NCBI GenBank assembly: GCA_031422915.1
Contig: JANPEK010000135.1
Coordinates: 5,895-69,894, forward strand
From: Phyllobacteriaceae bacterium
GTDB taxonomy: Bacteria; Pseudomonadota; Alphaproteobacteria; Rhizobiales; Rhizobiaceae
DNA length: 64,000 bases
Reading direction: 5' to 3'
Shown piece after piece: positions 27,415-36,771 of this stretch. The stretch's first letter is position 1. Every line of letters begins with the position of its first letter. The position numbers were made by a program, and so were the translations under genes. The notes under the pieces are model-generated. The model was given only the letters and a program-made list of their open reading frames with translations. It was not told the origin of the DNA and made no database searches.

Positions 27415-28317
27415 TCAAAATGGTCGGTGCATTTGGGTAAGCACTTCAACCACGGCAATAAAGTTCGCAACCCGCCTGATAGTTCCATCGCGGTATCCGA
27501 TAGCGATGATGCTAAGCGGCATGTCGGCAATTTGTTTGAACACAACACCAGGGCGCGCATAGAACCGCGCGGTGCTCTCGGCCGTTATGCTGATCCCGCG
27601 GCCAGTTGACACGGCCTGAAGCTCAGTTTCAACCGTTGCTGCTTCAAATGCAATATTTGCCGGGCGGTTGTGACGGTGCTCTACGGCGATCCAGTAATCC
27701 CTCCAGATGCTTTGACCTGGAGCCGCAATGATGGGCTCGTCGAGGATGTCACTTAAGGTGACGAACGGGGCGCTATCAAGACGATGTCCGACGGGCAGGC
27801 AGACCACGCAAGGCTCCCGAGCAAGATCAAAAAAGGTGACGCCGGTAATGCCAAGCGGCGGGCGAACGATGGCGCAATCGACCGCGCCAGAGGCAAGTCC
27901 GGCGGTTGGGTCACTAAAATCGTACTCGGTGAGTACAAGCGTCGATTCAGGGTGGCGCAGCTTGAATTCACGAACAATGTCAGGGATGAATTCCAGTGCC
28001 GTTCCAATAAGGTAGCCGACGCGAAGCTCATTTCTTACAGTCTTTTGCAGCGCGCCGATCTCGGTTTGAAAGTGATCCATATTCTGACAAAGGCTTTGCG
28101 CGCCGACCAAAAGTGTCTGCCCAAGCGGCGTCAGACCGACGCTGCGGGTGGTGCGTTCAAAAAGGGAAAACCCTAAATTGTCTTCGAACTGCCGAATCGT
28201 CTGCGACAAGGCGGGTTGCGACACAAACAACTTCTCTGCCGCCCGAACATAGCTTTTTTCCTGCGCCACGGCCAGAAAGGCGCGGATGTGACGAAAGTGA
28301 ATATTCATAAGGGCCAT
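27415..28317 (-). CDS. LysR-family transcriptional regulator
   Basis: IRAFLAVAQEKSYVRAAEKLFVSQPALSQTIRQFE HTH. About 50% similar in layout to the LysR at 3917..4834. Divergent from the aminotransferase gene. Confidence 0.9.
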   Translation of the reverse strand: MALMNIHFRHIRAFLAVAQEKSYVRAAEKLFVSQPALSQTIRQFEDNLGFSLFERTTRSVGLTPLGQTLLVGAQSLCQNMDHFQTEIGALQKTVRNELRVGYLIGTALEFIPDIVREFKLRHPESTLVLTEYDFSDPTAGLASGAVDCAIVRPPLGITGVTFFDLAREPCVVCLPVGHRLDSAPFVTLSDILDEPIIAAPGQSIWRDYWIAVEHRHNRPANIAFEAATVETELQAVSTGRGISITAESTARFYARPGVVFKQIADMPLSIIAIGYRDGTIRRVANFIAVVEVLTQMHRPF

Positions 28318-28396
28318 GAATTAATCCATCAGGAAATCGTCCTTGTTGTCAAGTGGCGTTGCTTATTAATTGAGGCAACTTATTTAAGGAGCAGCC

Positions 28397-29725
28397 ATGA
28401 TGGACACCACTCAATCGGCAAGCGTTGAGGTACTGGATCGCGGCAAAACGTCGTTGGTCCACGACCCGCGTGATGGGGACAAAAGTAAGATCACGCTAGT
28501 TAAGGCCAAGGGGTCTTTAGTCTGGGATGACAAGGGGCGTGAATATCTGGACTGCACCTCGCAGGCCTGGTCGAACAGCCTTGGCGCTAATGATGACCGC
28601 GTGGTTGAGGCCGCAATCGCGCAACTGCGCGAGATCACCCACGCGCGCCCGAACTTCAATACCATACCTTTACTGCAACTGACATCAAAGCTGCGCGAAA
28701 TTTCCCCCGGGGATCTGAACCGGATCGGCTATTGCCTGCACGGAAGTCTGGCCGTTGAAATGGCCCTGAAGCTGGCGTTCAAGAATTGCCCCGGTGCGCG
28801 CAATGTCATTGTAATGCAGGACAGCTACCACGGTCGTTCGCTGGTCACGTTGGCGGCAAGCTGGCCACATCCGAACAACCCGTTCTACGCGATGCAGCCC
28901 CAATGCTTTACTCGCGTTCCTCATCCTGACAGCTACCGCCCGCGCATGGGTATGGATATCGAGGCGGAAACCCGGCTGTGCCTGAACCTGCTGGAAGACA
29001 CCATAACCAAGGGCGTGGACGGCGGTGTTGCAGCAATCATCATCGAGCCGATTCTGGGCAATGGCGGGCATATCGTTGTCGGCAAGGCCTATCTTGAAGG
29101 CCTGCGCGAGATTTGCACAAAGCACGGCATTGTCCTGATATTCGACGAGATTCAGAGTTGCTTTGGTCGCACCGGCGAGATGTTTGCAGCTGACTACTAC
29201 GGCGTCACTCCAGACATCATGACCTTTGGCAAAGGCGTTGGCGGCGGCTTCCCGCTGGCCGGTATCATGGCCAGCGACAAGCTGAACGGTTTTGAAACAG
29301 GCGAAGACGCGCTGACCTTCGGACAGTTTCCTGTGGCAATGGCGGCAGCCGTCGCGACACTAGATGCGATAATCGCAGACGATCTGTGCGGAAAAGCTCG
29401 GGCATGCGGTCAGTATGCAACCCAGCGTTTGCACGAGATGTCGGAACGTCACAGGCTAATCGGTGACATTCGCGGGCCGGGGCTATTTGTATCGATCGAA
29501 CTGGTCAAAGATCGTAAGATCAAGGAACCCGCCCAAAAGGCAACGTCCGAGGTCTATAAGCGCGGCGTTGAAAAGGGTGTTCTGTTTGGCGAGGCGCGCT
29601 ATGCGGGCTTGGGCAACCTGATCAAGATCAAGCCGCCGCTGGATTGCACCCACGAGCAGATGTCGCATGCGTTGGATGTGCTTGACGACGTACTTGGCAG
29701 CATCGAAGCCGACGGAATCGCGTAA
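28397..29725 (+). CDS. Class-III (omega) pyridoxal-phosphate aminotransferase
   Basis: ..DCTSQAWSNSLG..GSLAVEMALKLA..IIEPILGNGG..LIFDEIQSCFGRTGEMFA..PDIMTFGKGVGGGFPL (PLP-lysine context). Confidence 0.9.
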   Translation: MMDTTQSASVEVLDRGKTSLVHDPRDGDKSKITLVKAKGSLVWDDKGREYLDCTSQAWSNSLGANDDRVVEAAIAQLREITHARPNFNTIPLLQLTSKLREISPGDLNRIGYCLHGSLAVEMALKLAFKNCPGARNVIVMQDSYHGRSLVTLAASWPHPNNPFYAMQPQCFTRVPHPDSYRPRMGMDIEAETRLCLNLLEDTITKGVDGGVAAIIIEPILGNGGHIVVGKAYLEGLREICTKHGIVLIFDEIQSCFGRTGEMFAADYYGVTPDIMTFGKGVGGGFPLAGIMASDKLNGFETGEDALTFGQFPVAMAAAVATLDAIIADDLCGKARACGQYATQRLHEMSERHRLIGDIRGPGLFVSIELVKDRKIKEPAQKATSEVYKRGVEKGVLFGEARYAGLGNLIKIKPPLDCTHEQMSHALDVLDDVLGSIEADGIA

Positions 29726-29781
29726 TTTCACTTTACACCCACAGAACCCGTTATGGGGCAGCAAAACCGAGAGGATAAATC

Positions 29782-30924
29782 ATGACCCATATGACCAGAC
29801 GTGCCATGCTGTCATCGGCAGCAATAGCTACGCTTTCTGCCCCGTTTGTACGCCCGTCATGGGCCGCCACACCCGAATTGCGCGCTCTGATGTGGGAAGC
29901 TTACGTCCTTCCGGATGTCGTTTCGGCTTTTGAAGAGGCACACAAAGTCAAATTTGTGCCATCGTTCTTTGATGGCAACTCTGAGGCCTATAACAAGTTA
30001 CGCGTCGGCGGCTCAAAAGAATTTGATCTGGTGCAGGCAGACGGCTTCTGGCCGCAACTCTATTTTCGCGAAGGGCTAATCCGGGCGGTAGATTACGCTG
30101 CGGTTCCGGGGGCAGCAGGCTATTTGCCGGAATTCACGCCTAAGGCTTTTAAGGTGCTGACAGATCCGGCATCGGGTGTCAAAATTGGCTTTCCGTTCTG
30201 CTGGGGTGCCTATGGCATCACCTATGACGCTGCAGTCGTCAACCCTGATAAGACGCAATCCATCGCCTGCATGTTCGATGCCGAATGGGCTGGCCGCCTG
30301 TCAACCAGCGCACGTTTTGAAGAGAACATCGCGCTGGCCGCTCTGCTTGTCACCGCCGAAATGGGCACCCGCGAGGCTCCCCGCCCCGATGGCAAGGCCT
30401 TTAACCCCTATGTGTTGACCGACGATGAACTTGCCGGCGTGCAAAAAATGCTGATCCAGCAAAAGGGTCTCCTGTTGACTCGGTATCAGGACAACCCGAC
30501 GCTATTTCAGCTGCTACAGACAGGGGCCGTTGTTGCGGCGACTGAGTTTGCACAAGTTTATCGCCAATTACTGACTGCAACGGACGGCATGACCAAGGGC
30601 GATTTCCGTCACACCTTGCAGCCGAAAGAGGGTGGTCTTGGCTGGGTGGATACCTGGCTCGTGACGACGGGAGTTGCGGATGGCCAGAAGATGGATCTGT
30701 GTAACGCCTTTGTTGACAAAATGATTTCGCCTCCGGTGATGAAGCGGATCGGTGAAGTTGCCGGATGCTCGACCACAATTGATCTGCGCGCTGACGCAAC
30801 CGAAGACGAACGCAAGTTGTTTCTTATGGACCGTTCAAGCGAGATTGCAGGCCTGTTCATGTTTGATCAGCCATCGTCACCCGAAAAATGGGAGCGTGTC
30901 TGGTCTAATGTTCAAGCCGCCTGA
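29782..30924 (+). CDS. ABC transporter substrate-binding protein (PotD/PotF polyamine-type) with Tat-like signal
   Basis: MTHMTRRAMLSSAAIATLSAPFVRPSWAA, then a PotD-like body (..FDGNSEAYNKLRVGGSKEFDLVQADGFW..). Confidence 0.8.
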   Translation: MTHMTRRAMLSSAAIATLSAPFVRPSWAATPELRALMWEAYVLPDVVSAFEEAHKVKFVPSFFDGNSEAYNKLRVGGSKEFDLVQADGFWPQLYFREGLIRAVDYAAVPGAAGYLPEFTPKAFKVLTDPASGVKIGFPFCWGAYGITYDAAVVNPDKTQSIACMFDAEWAGRLSTSARFEENIALAALLVTAEMGTREAPRPDGKAFNPYVLTDDELAGVQKMLIQQKGLLLTRYQDNPTLFQLLQTGAVVAATEFAQVYRQLLTATDGMTKGDFRHTLQPKEGGLGWVDTWLVTTGVADGQKMDLCNAFVDKMISPPVMKRIGEVAGCSTTIDLRADATEDERKLFLMDRSSEIAGLFMFDQPSSPEKWERVWSNVQAA

Positions 30925-30938
30925 TTTGTAAATTTTCA

Positions 30939-30966
30939 GCATCGTGCAGCCTTGGCTGCACGATGC
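30939..30966 (+). other. Perfect 12-13-bp stem-loop between binding-protein and ATPase genes
   Basis: GCATCGTGCAGCC-tt-GGCTGCACGATGC with no T-run. Probably an mRNA-stabilising or attenuating hairpin. Confidence 0.45.
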
Positions 30967-30985
30967 ACTTCACAGGTGAATTCTA

Positions 30986-32044
30986 ATGACCGACGCTAAT
31001 ACTTATATCAAGATAGACGGCGTATCACGCCACTACGGAGCATTGAAAGCGCTACACAATCTGACAATTGATATTGCCAAACATGAGTTCATCGCCATCC
31101 TTGGCCCCAGCGGATCGGGTAAGTCTACGCTATTGCGCCTGATTGCTGGGCTCGACCGCCCGTCGGAAGGGAGGATTTTTTTCAAGGGTCAGGATGTGAC
31201 CGCCTTGCCGCCACACAAACGCGGCATCGGTATGGTGTTTCAAGAATTTCTGCTGTTTCCGCACCGCACCGTGCGCGAAAACCTCGCCTTTCCCTTGCGC
31301 ATGACCAATGACTCTCCAGAAATGATCAAGGAACGACTGGAGTGGGCGGAAGGGATTTTATCTCTGAACGGTTTGATGGACCGTTACCCAAATCAGCTTT
31401 CGGGCGGCCAGCAACAGCGCGTGGCTCTTGGACGCGGCTTGGTTGCCAATCCGACGTTGTTGCTTCTAGACGAACCACTGGCGAACCTAGACCGCGAACT
31501 TCGCCAAGAGATGGAGGTGGAAATCCGCCGATATCAAAAGCAGCTCGGAATCCCTTTTATTTATGTCACCCACAACCAGGAAGAAGCCCTGTCCATGTCG
31601 GACCGTGTGGCCGTCATCAACAAGGGCAGGCTTGAGGCATTGGGCGAGCGGCAAGAAATCTACGATCACCCCAACACGCCATTCGTGGCGCGTTTCGTTG
31701 GACGCTCAACTCGGTTTGACGCAGTTTCTGACGGCAAAGGCACAATGAACATCGCCGCCCACGGTATTTCCTTTAACCCGACAACAACAGTTCCCGCCGG
31801 AAAGTATGATGTTTTCGTTAAAAACGAACGCTTTGTGATGGGGCCAGCGGGCGGCCCTGGCATCCAATGCACCGTGATCGACGTAGTTCTGCGCGGGCCT
31901 TTCCTGGAATACATCTTGGAGGCAACCAACAAAACTCGTATCATCACTGTTCAATCCAAACGCAAAGACCAGCAAGGCCTCGGAGAGGCGCTATCGCTGA
32001 CTTGGGACGCAAGCCTTTGCCACATTTTTCCGGCGGAGGGTTGA
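30986..32044 (+). CDS. ABC transporter ATP-binding protein (PotA-like)
   Basis: Walker A GPSGSGKST, signature LSGGQQQRVALGRG, Walker B LLLDEPLANLD. Confidence 0.95.
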   Translation: MTDANTYIKIDGVSRHYGALKALHNLTIDIAKHEFIAILGPSGSGKSTLLRLIAGLDRPSEGRIFFKGQDVTALPPHKRGIGMVFQEFLLFPHRTVRENLAFPLRMTNDSPEMIKERLEWAEGILSLNGLMDRYPNQLSGGQQQRVALGRGLVANPTLLLLDEPLANLDRELRQEMEVEIRRYQKQLGIPFIYVTHNQEEALSMSDRVAVINKGRLEALGERQEIYDHPNTPFVARFVGRSTRFDAVSDGKGTMNIAAHGISFNPTTTVPAGKYDVFVKNERFVMGPAGGPGIQCTVIDVVLRGPFLEYILEATNKTRIITVQSKRKDQQGLGEALSLTWDASLCHIFPAEG

Positions 32045-32047
32045 GTG

Positions 32048-32914
32048 ATGTCAGAACCAAACGCTGCAACGAACAAGCGCCTGTTTTTGTACGTACCCAC
32101 AACGTTTCTGTTCCTGTTCTTTGTGTTGCCGCTGATTGCTCTGGTCGTACTCAGCTTATGGCAGACCGAGAACTACAAGATTGTCCACGAGTGGACGATG
32201 ATGAACTACGTCACGTTGGCGACAGAGACTGCCTATATTACCTTTTTTGTCCGGTCGCTTGTGATGGCCATTCTTGTGTCGATTTTTCTCGTAATCGTAG
32301 CTTGGCCGATCGCGTTTTTCATCGTGCGGTTTGGCGGGAAGTACAAACTCATCTTCTCTCTGTTGTTAGCCGTGCCGTTCCTGTCGGGCGAGGTTTTGAG
32401 ACTGATCGCACTGCAAGGCATGCTAGGGCCAGCCGGATTGATCAACGGAGGCCTGATCAGGCTAGGCGCAGCGCCGTTGCGCTTTATCATGTATTCCAAT
32501 TCAGCCACCTTCATCGCCTTCGTCTACTTGTATCTGCCGATGACGGTGACGACAATCTACCTGTCGTTGCTGAACTTCGACATGCGGCTGACTTCTGCAG
32601 CCAGCGCCTGTGGTGCCGGTCGGTCGCGGATATTCTTTGAAGTGATCTGGCCGCTAAACTTGTCGGGGACAATCATAGGCTTTCTTTTGGCCTTCATACC
32701 TACGCTGTCAGCCTCGCTGGCGCCGCGCTTTCTGGGGGGCCCAAATGGCACGCTATACGGCATGTCGATGGCTCAGCAATTTGGCGAATCCGGAACCTGG
32801 GCGCTTGGGGCCGCGATGGGCGTCGTGTTGGTGCTGTTTTCGGTGGCATCACTGGTGGTCCTTAGCCGCGCCGTCAATCTGCGGCGAACCGGCTTTACTG
32901 GAATGGAGCGTTGA
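32048..32914 (+). CDS. ABC transporter permease (PotB-like)
   Basis: Six hydrophobic segments. Starts immediately after the ATPase stop (GTG 32045 or ATG 32048). Confidence 0.85.
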   Translation: MSEPNAATNKRLFLYVPTTFLFLFFVLPLIALVVLSLWQTENYKIVHEWTMMNYVTLATETAYITFFVRSLVMAILVSIFLVIVAWPIAFFIVRFGGKYKLIFSLLLAVPFLSGEVLRLIALQGMLGPAGLINGGLIRLGAAPLRFIMYSNSATFIAFVYLYLPMTVTTIYLSLLNFDMRLTSAASACGAGRSRIFFEVIWPLNLSGTIIGFLLAFIPTLSASLAPRFLGGPNGTLYGMSMAQQFGESGTWALGAAMGVVLVLFSVASLVVLSRAVNLRRTGFTGMER

Positions 32915-33726
32915 AAGTGGAAAGCATGACCTTCAAGGACTTCGCTACGAAATGGTCGATGGGTTTGATCCTGATCGTGGCCTATGTCTTCCTTTATATG
33001 CCCATCCTGCACATCCTGTTCGCGTCACTATCCAATCACCCGAACTTTCCCTATCCGCCGGACTTCAACCCCAAAAGCTATGTCAGTCTGACGACCAATT
33101 CTATTTATCAGGGTGCATTCATCAACAGCATGATCATCGCAACCTGTACTGCCATTCTTTCCACCGTGATGGGATTTCTGGCTACCATAGGCGTGTTGCG
33201 GTTTGCCGGGCGGCGGGCGCTATTCTACGCGGTGTTCTTCGCAGGACCGCTGTTTGTGTCGGAAATCTTGCTTGGGATTTCCAGCATGTCCCTGTATTAC
33301 CTTGTTTTTGGGTTGCAGGGTAACATGGTCACGGCGATCATCGCCAACTCAGTCCATACTTTCAGTTTCAGCTTTCTGGTCATGGCAGCAATGCTGTATA
33401 AGTATGACTGGCGTATGAATGAGGCGGCGATTGTTTGCGGTGCCACACCGTTGCGCGCCTTTCGCGAGGTGATGCTGCCGCTGACATGGTCCGGCATACT
33501 GGGCAGCCTGATCGTCGCGTTTGTGCTGGCGCTGAACGGGCTCGACATCAGCTTCTACCTACTTGGAGCGACACCGACCATGCCTTCGGTAGCTTGGGGC
33601 GCGTTGCGTTATGGGGTCAAACCCGAGCTTTACGCGCTTTCGTCGATCGTCAATGTTGTAGTGTTCCTGGCAATCATCTGGCTTTATCTGAAAGTAAGGG
33701 CCGACAAGACAGCCACAGCTGAATAA
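32911..33726 (+). CDS. ABC transporter permease (PotC-like); start uncertain (TTG 32911, GTG 32917 or ATG 32926)
   Basis: Hydrophobic protein with the loop ..NEAAIVCGATPLRAFREVMLPL. Overlaps the previous gene's end. Confidence 0.85.
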   Translation: MKVESMTFKDFATKWSMGLILIVAYVFLYMPILHILFASLSNHPNFPYPPDFNPKSYVSLTTNSIYQGAFINSMIIATCTAILSTVMGFLATIGVLRFAGRRALFYAVFFAGPLFVSEILLGISSMSLYYLVFGLQGNMVTAIIANSVHTFSFSFLVMAAMLYKYDWRMNEAAIVCGATPLRAFREVMLPLTWSGILGSLIVAFVLALNGLDISFYLLGATPTMPSVAWGALRYGVKPELYALSSIVNVVVFLAIIWLYLKVRADKTATAE

Positions 33727-33869
33727 CAGTGGCTCTGCGGCGTCGATTGTCGCCATACGCTACCTGAAAATGCGGCATAATCTATCGCATCAACAAACGA
33801 AAAATTCCAATACACAAACTGTTTTGCTGACCCGTTTTATATAACGACGGCCAACAAGGAGACATCAAA

Positions 33870-34046
33870 ATGTTTGGATCTGTGGCGACCCTGGCCTTTG
33901 TGCCCTCCGGCTATGATTTTAATAGTTACGGAAGAACTTTTGAGCCAACTATTGGCGATAGAAATGAACCAAAACGCTCTCGTTGGAGTGGCTGGTTGGT
34001 GGCGACCATCCGGCGGGCTTTGCTTGTTTCTAGGGACGGCCGGTAA
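33870..34046 (+). CDS. Unannotated 58-aa ORF with a strong RBS in an AT-rich spacer (hypothetical)
   Basis: AAGGAGA, 7 nt, then ATG: MFGSVATLAFVPSGYDFNSYGRTFEPTIGDRNEPKRSRWSGWLVATIRRALLVSRDGR. No family recognised; below the ORF-track cutoff. Confidence 0.25.
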   Translation: MFGSVATLAFVPSGYDFNSYGRTFEPTIGDRNEPKRSRWSGWLVATIRRALLVSRDGR

Positions 34047-34191
34047 TGGTGTTTGACCGGAATTGGCGACTGCCTATCGGTCTCAGTACAAGGCTTGCCC
34101 TTTGTCTTGGTCGTTAGAAGAGATGCCAGACTTAAAGAAGTGATTGCAGTCATTCGGCTTCAACGCGGCCTAAAGAAAGTGAAAGATTAAA

Positions 34192-35352
34192 ATGCACGGC
34201 GTCGTCCATCTCACATCGCCGCAGCGCGTCTTCACGATGTTTGCAATCTATGCGTTTTCGATGGGAAGCATTTTCCCGCGTCTTGGGGATATTCAGCGCG
34301 GGCTTGGCGTCGAAGAGGGCGCGTTAGGCTTAGCGTTGATGGGCACCCCTTTCGGGACTTTCCTTTCGCTGACCTTCGCCGCACCCCTGCTGGAACGTCT
34401 GGGTCTGCGGTCCGCGGTGCTTTTCGGCCTACCGTTGCTTGCTAGTCTTTATGCAGTGGCGGTCCAAGCCCCTTCAGCGTTGGCTTTCTTTGTCCTTTTG
34501 CTTCCAGTCGGGCTGGTCATTGGCTGCTTTGAGATCATCCTAAATGTCGAAGCGGATCGGACCGAGCATCAGGTTGCCTACCGCATTATGAACCGTGCCC
34601 ATGCGTTCTGGAGCATTGGCTTCTTCCTGGCGGGCGGCTTGGGTGCCGTGCTAGCCTCAGCCGGAATTTCTCCTCAGTTGCATCTCGTTGGCGTGGCAAT
34701 TGTCAGCACAGCCGCTGTTCTGCTTCTCCTTCGTGATTTTCATCCTGCGGCCGAGCGGCAGGCCGAAAACGCTGAAGGTGCTCGCCGATTTGCCGCTCCG
34801 ACACCGGCAATCCTGCTTCTTGTGGCGTTTACGGTCAGTGCGATGCTGCTGGAGGGGGGCAGCATGGATTGGTCGGCCATATACATGCGTGACACCTTCC
34901 TTGCGGGCCCTTTCATGTCAGGCATTGCCGTTGCGGCCTTCGCCGCCTCACAGGCCGTCGCTCGCTATTTCGCGGACATCTTCATCGACCGCAACTCGCC
35001 CGCGAAAGTTGCACGAGCCATGCTGGTCCTGCTCTTCTTCGGTTGCACCATAATTGTGGTTTCGCCGAACGCCATTTTATCGATCTGCGGCTTTGCCCTG
35101 ATGGGGCTTGGAACGAGTGTGATCTTTCCGCTTGCAATGTCGGCTGCAGCGCAGCGGGAGGATCGTTCGGCTGTTCTGAACGTCGCCGCATTAGCGCAGC
35201 TTTCCTTCATGATGTTTCTGGTTGGCCCACCGCTTCTCGGCTTAGTTGCAGAGCACTGGGGCCTCAGGCTGTCGTACGCTATCGCTCTGCCGCTTATCTT
35301 GCTGAGCTTCGCTACTGCGCATGTATTGGTCAAGGAAAGATCAGAGAAGTGA
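34192..35352 (+). CDS. MFS transporter
   Basis: 386 aa, about 12 hydrophobic segments, typical MFS layout. The start may be the internal M at 34237. Confidence 0.8.
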   Translation: MHGVVHLTSPQRVFTMFAIYAFSMGSIFPRLGDIQRGLGVEEGALGLALMGTPFGTFLSLTFAAPLLERLGLRSAVLFGLPLLASLYAVAVQAPSALAFFVLLLPVGLVIGCFEIILNVEADRTEHQVAYRIMNRAHAFWSIGFFLAGGLGAVLASAGISPQLHLVGVAIVSTAAVLLLLRDFHPAAERQAENAEGARRFAAPTPAILLLVAFTVSAMLLEGGSMDWSAIYMRDTFLAGPFMSGIAVAAFAASQAVARYFADIFIDRNSPAKVARAMLVLLFFGCTIIVVSPNAILSICGFALMGLGTSVIFPLAMSAAAQREDRSAVLNVAALAQLSFMMFLVGPPLLGLVAEHWGLRLSYAIALPLILLSFATAHVLVKERSEK

Positions 35353-35669
35353 CGCACAAGATGCATTTGGCTGGGGCTGAAGCATCGCAGGTTTTGTTGA
35401 CCCTCGTTCCAAAGTTTTGATTTGGGGAAAAAAAGCAATCCGTTATCGCGTGATGTCGGTAAGGTAGGGCCCGATGATGCACAACCGCGATATCCGGGAT
35501 CAGCGCCTATGGCACAGAATTGAAGGTTTGATTTAAGGCGTTTTCGGTTCTCGTCATAGACGAAGGAACGAACAAGTAAACGAAGTCTCACGGCGGCAAG
35601 CGATCTGCTGAACATGTTGTCAAAGATATCGGCCGGGCAACCCGGCAACACGGCTCATCCGAAGACTAG

Positions 35670-35843
35670 ATCCGGATTGTTCTGGAAGGCCTGCGAGGCG
35701 AAGACAGCATTGCTGAGCTTTGCCGCAAGGAAGGCATTGCGCGGAGCTTGCATTACACTTGTTCGAAACAGTTTTTGGAGGCTGGTATGCGTCGGCTGGC
35801 TGGCGACACGGCTTGTGGAGAACAGTTCCTTAAAAAAACATGA
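35670..35843 (+). pseudogene. IS3-family OrfA remnant (degenerate)
   Basis: IRIVLEGLRGEDSIAELCRKEGIARSLHYTCSKQFLEAGMRRLAGDTACGEQFLKKT-stop. It resembles the ..RIVLEGLRGEDSIAELCRKEGIAQSLYYTWSKEFLEAGKRRLAGDTARAAT.. type of IS3 OrfA but is substituted and truncated. Confidence 0.55.
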
Positions 35844-35865
35844 TCGCGGATGGGGGCGACGACGA

Positions 35866-36287
35866 ATGAGATACCCCGCATGCAAGAAACTTGAGATCAT
35901 CAAAATTGTCGAACAGTCGCACTTGCCAGCAAAGAAGACGCTCGATCAGTTGGGTATCGCGAGTCGGACATTCTACCGATGGTATGATCGCTATCGTGAA
36001 GGCGGGCCAGAGGCACTGGACGACCGGCAATCACGGCCGAACAGGGTCTGGAACCGCATTGCGCCCGACATCCAGAGCCGGATCATCGAGATGGCTCTGG
36101 AATGGAACAATCTGAACTGTTCCGGCGGGAACTGGCGGTGCGCTTTAACGATGAGAAGCACTACTTCGTGTCGGAAGCCACGGTCTATCAACTGCTCAAT
36201 GCGTATGATCTCATCACCAGCCCCGCCTTTGTGGTGATCAAGGCGGCGGAAGTCTTTCACACCAAAAACACGCATGCTCAACGCTAA
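35866..36287 (+). pseudogene. IS3-family transposase N-terminal fragment, frameshifted and 3'-truncated
   Basis: MRYPACKKLEIIKIVEQSHLPAKKTLDQLGIASRTFYRWYDRYREGGPEALDDRQSRPNRVWNRIAPDIQSRIIEMALE, a frameshift near 36100, then QSELFRRELAVRFNDEKHYFVSEATVYQLLNAYDLITSPAFVVIKAAEVF. The catalytic domain is missing. Confidence 0.7.
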
Positions 36288-36417
36288 AACTGTGCCGTAG
36301 ACACAATCATCGTCTGAACTTCGGTAACCTTTGACAAAACCTCAATCCGTTGCAAATCGCGCTCGCTCATCACAATCAGTCCCATCTGCAATCTCCCACA
36401 CGACGAACTGCGGGAAG

Positions 36418-36479
36418 TGTGACATTCTTACTTTGCAGAAACAGGACATTCTAACTTTGCGGCTACATTCTCCATTCGC
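36418..36479 (+). repeat. Orphan transposon-end-like array: TGT terminus plus three direct ~16-bp repeats
   Basis: TGT-GACATTCTTACTTTGC (36421-36436), GACATTCTAACTTTGC (36445-36460), TACATTCTCCATTCGC (36464-36479). Multi-site ends beginning 5'-TGT are typical of IS21 / Tn7 / Mu / Tn5053-type DDE transposons. No cognate transposase gene or mate end was found in the window. Confidence 0.4.
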
Positions 36480-36771
36480 ATAAGGTTTGTTACGGAACTT
36501 CTTATCAAAGTATCGGCTATTTTTGCCACTGATTTTACCCATTAAGGATGAAATCCAAGATGCCTTACCAATTGTTGGCGACGCAATCGAGGTTACAAAT
36601 CCTTCTTTGTGTTACCCATACGCACGAACGACAACATCCGGGGCCGTCGCAAGGGCACATATTTTATACGTGTGGCGGGAGAGCGCCGTGTTTGGCGCGC
36701 ACTCACATCTCGCTTCATCTGGCATGCCGACGCTGGCGGTACCGGATTGTCAATTCGATGTAACTTCTGCA

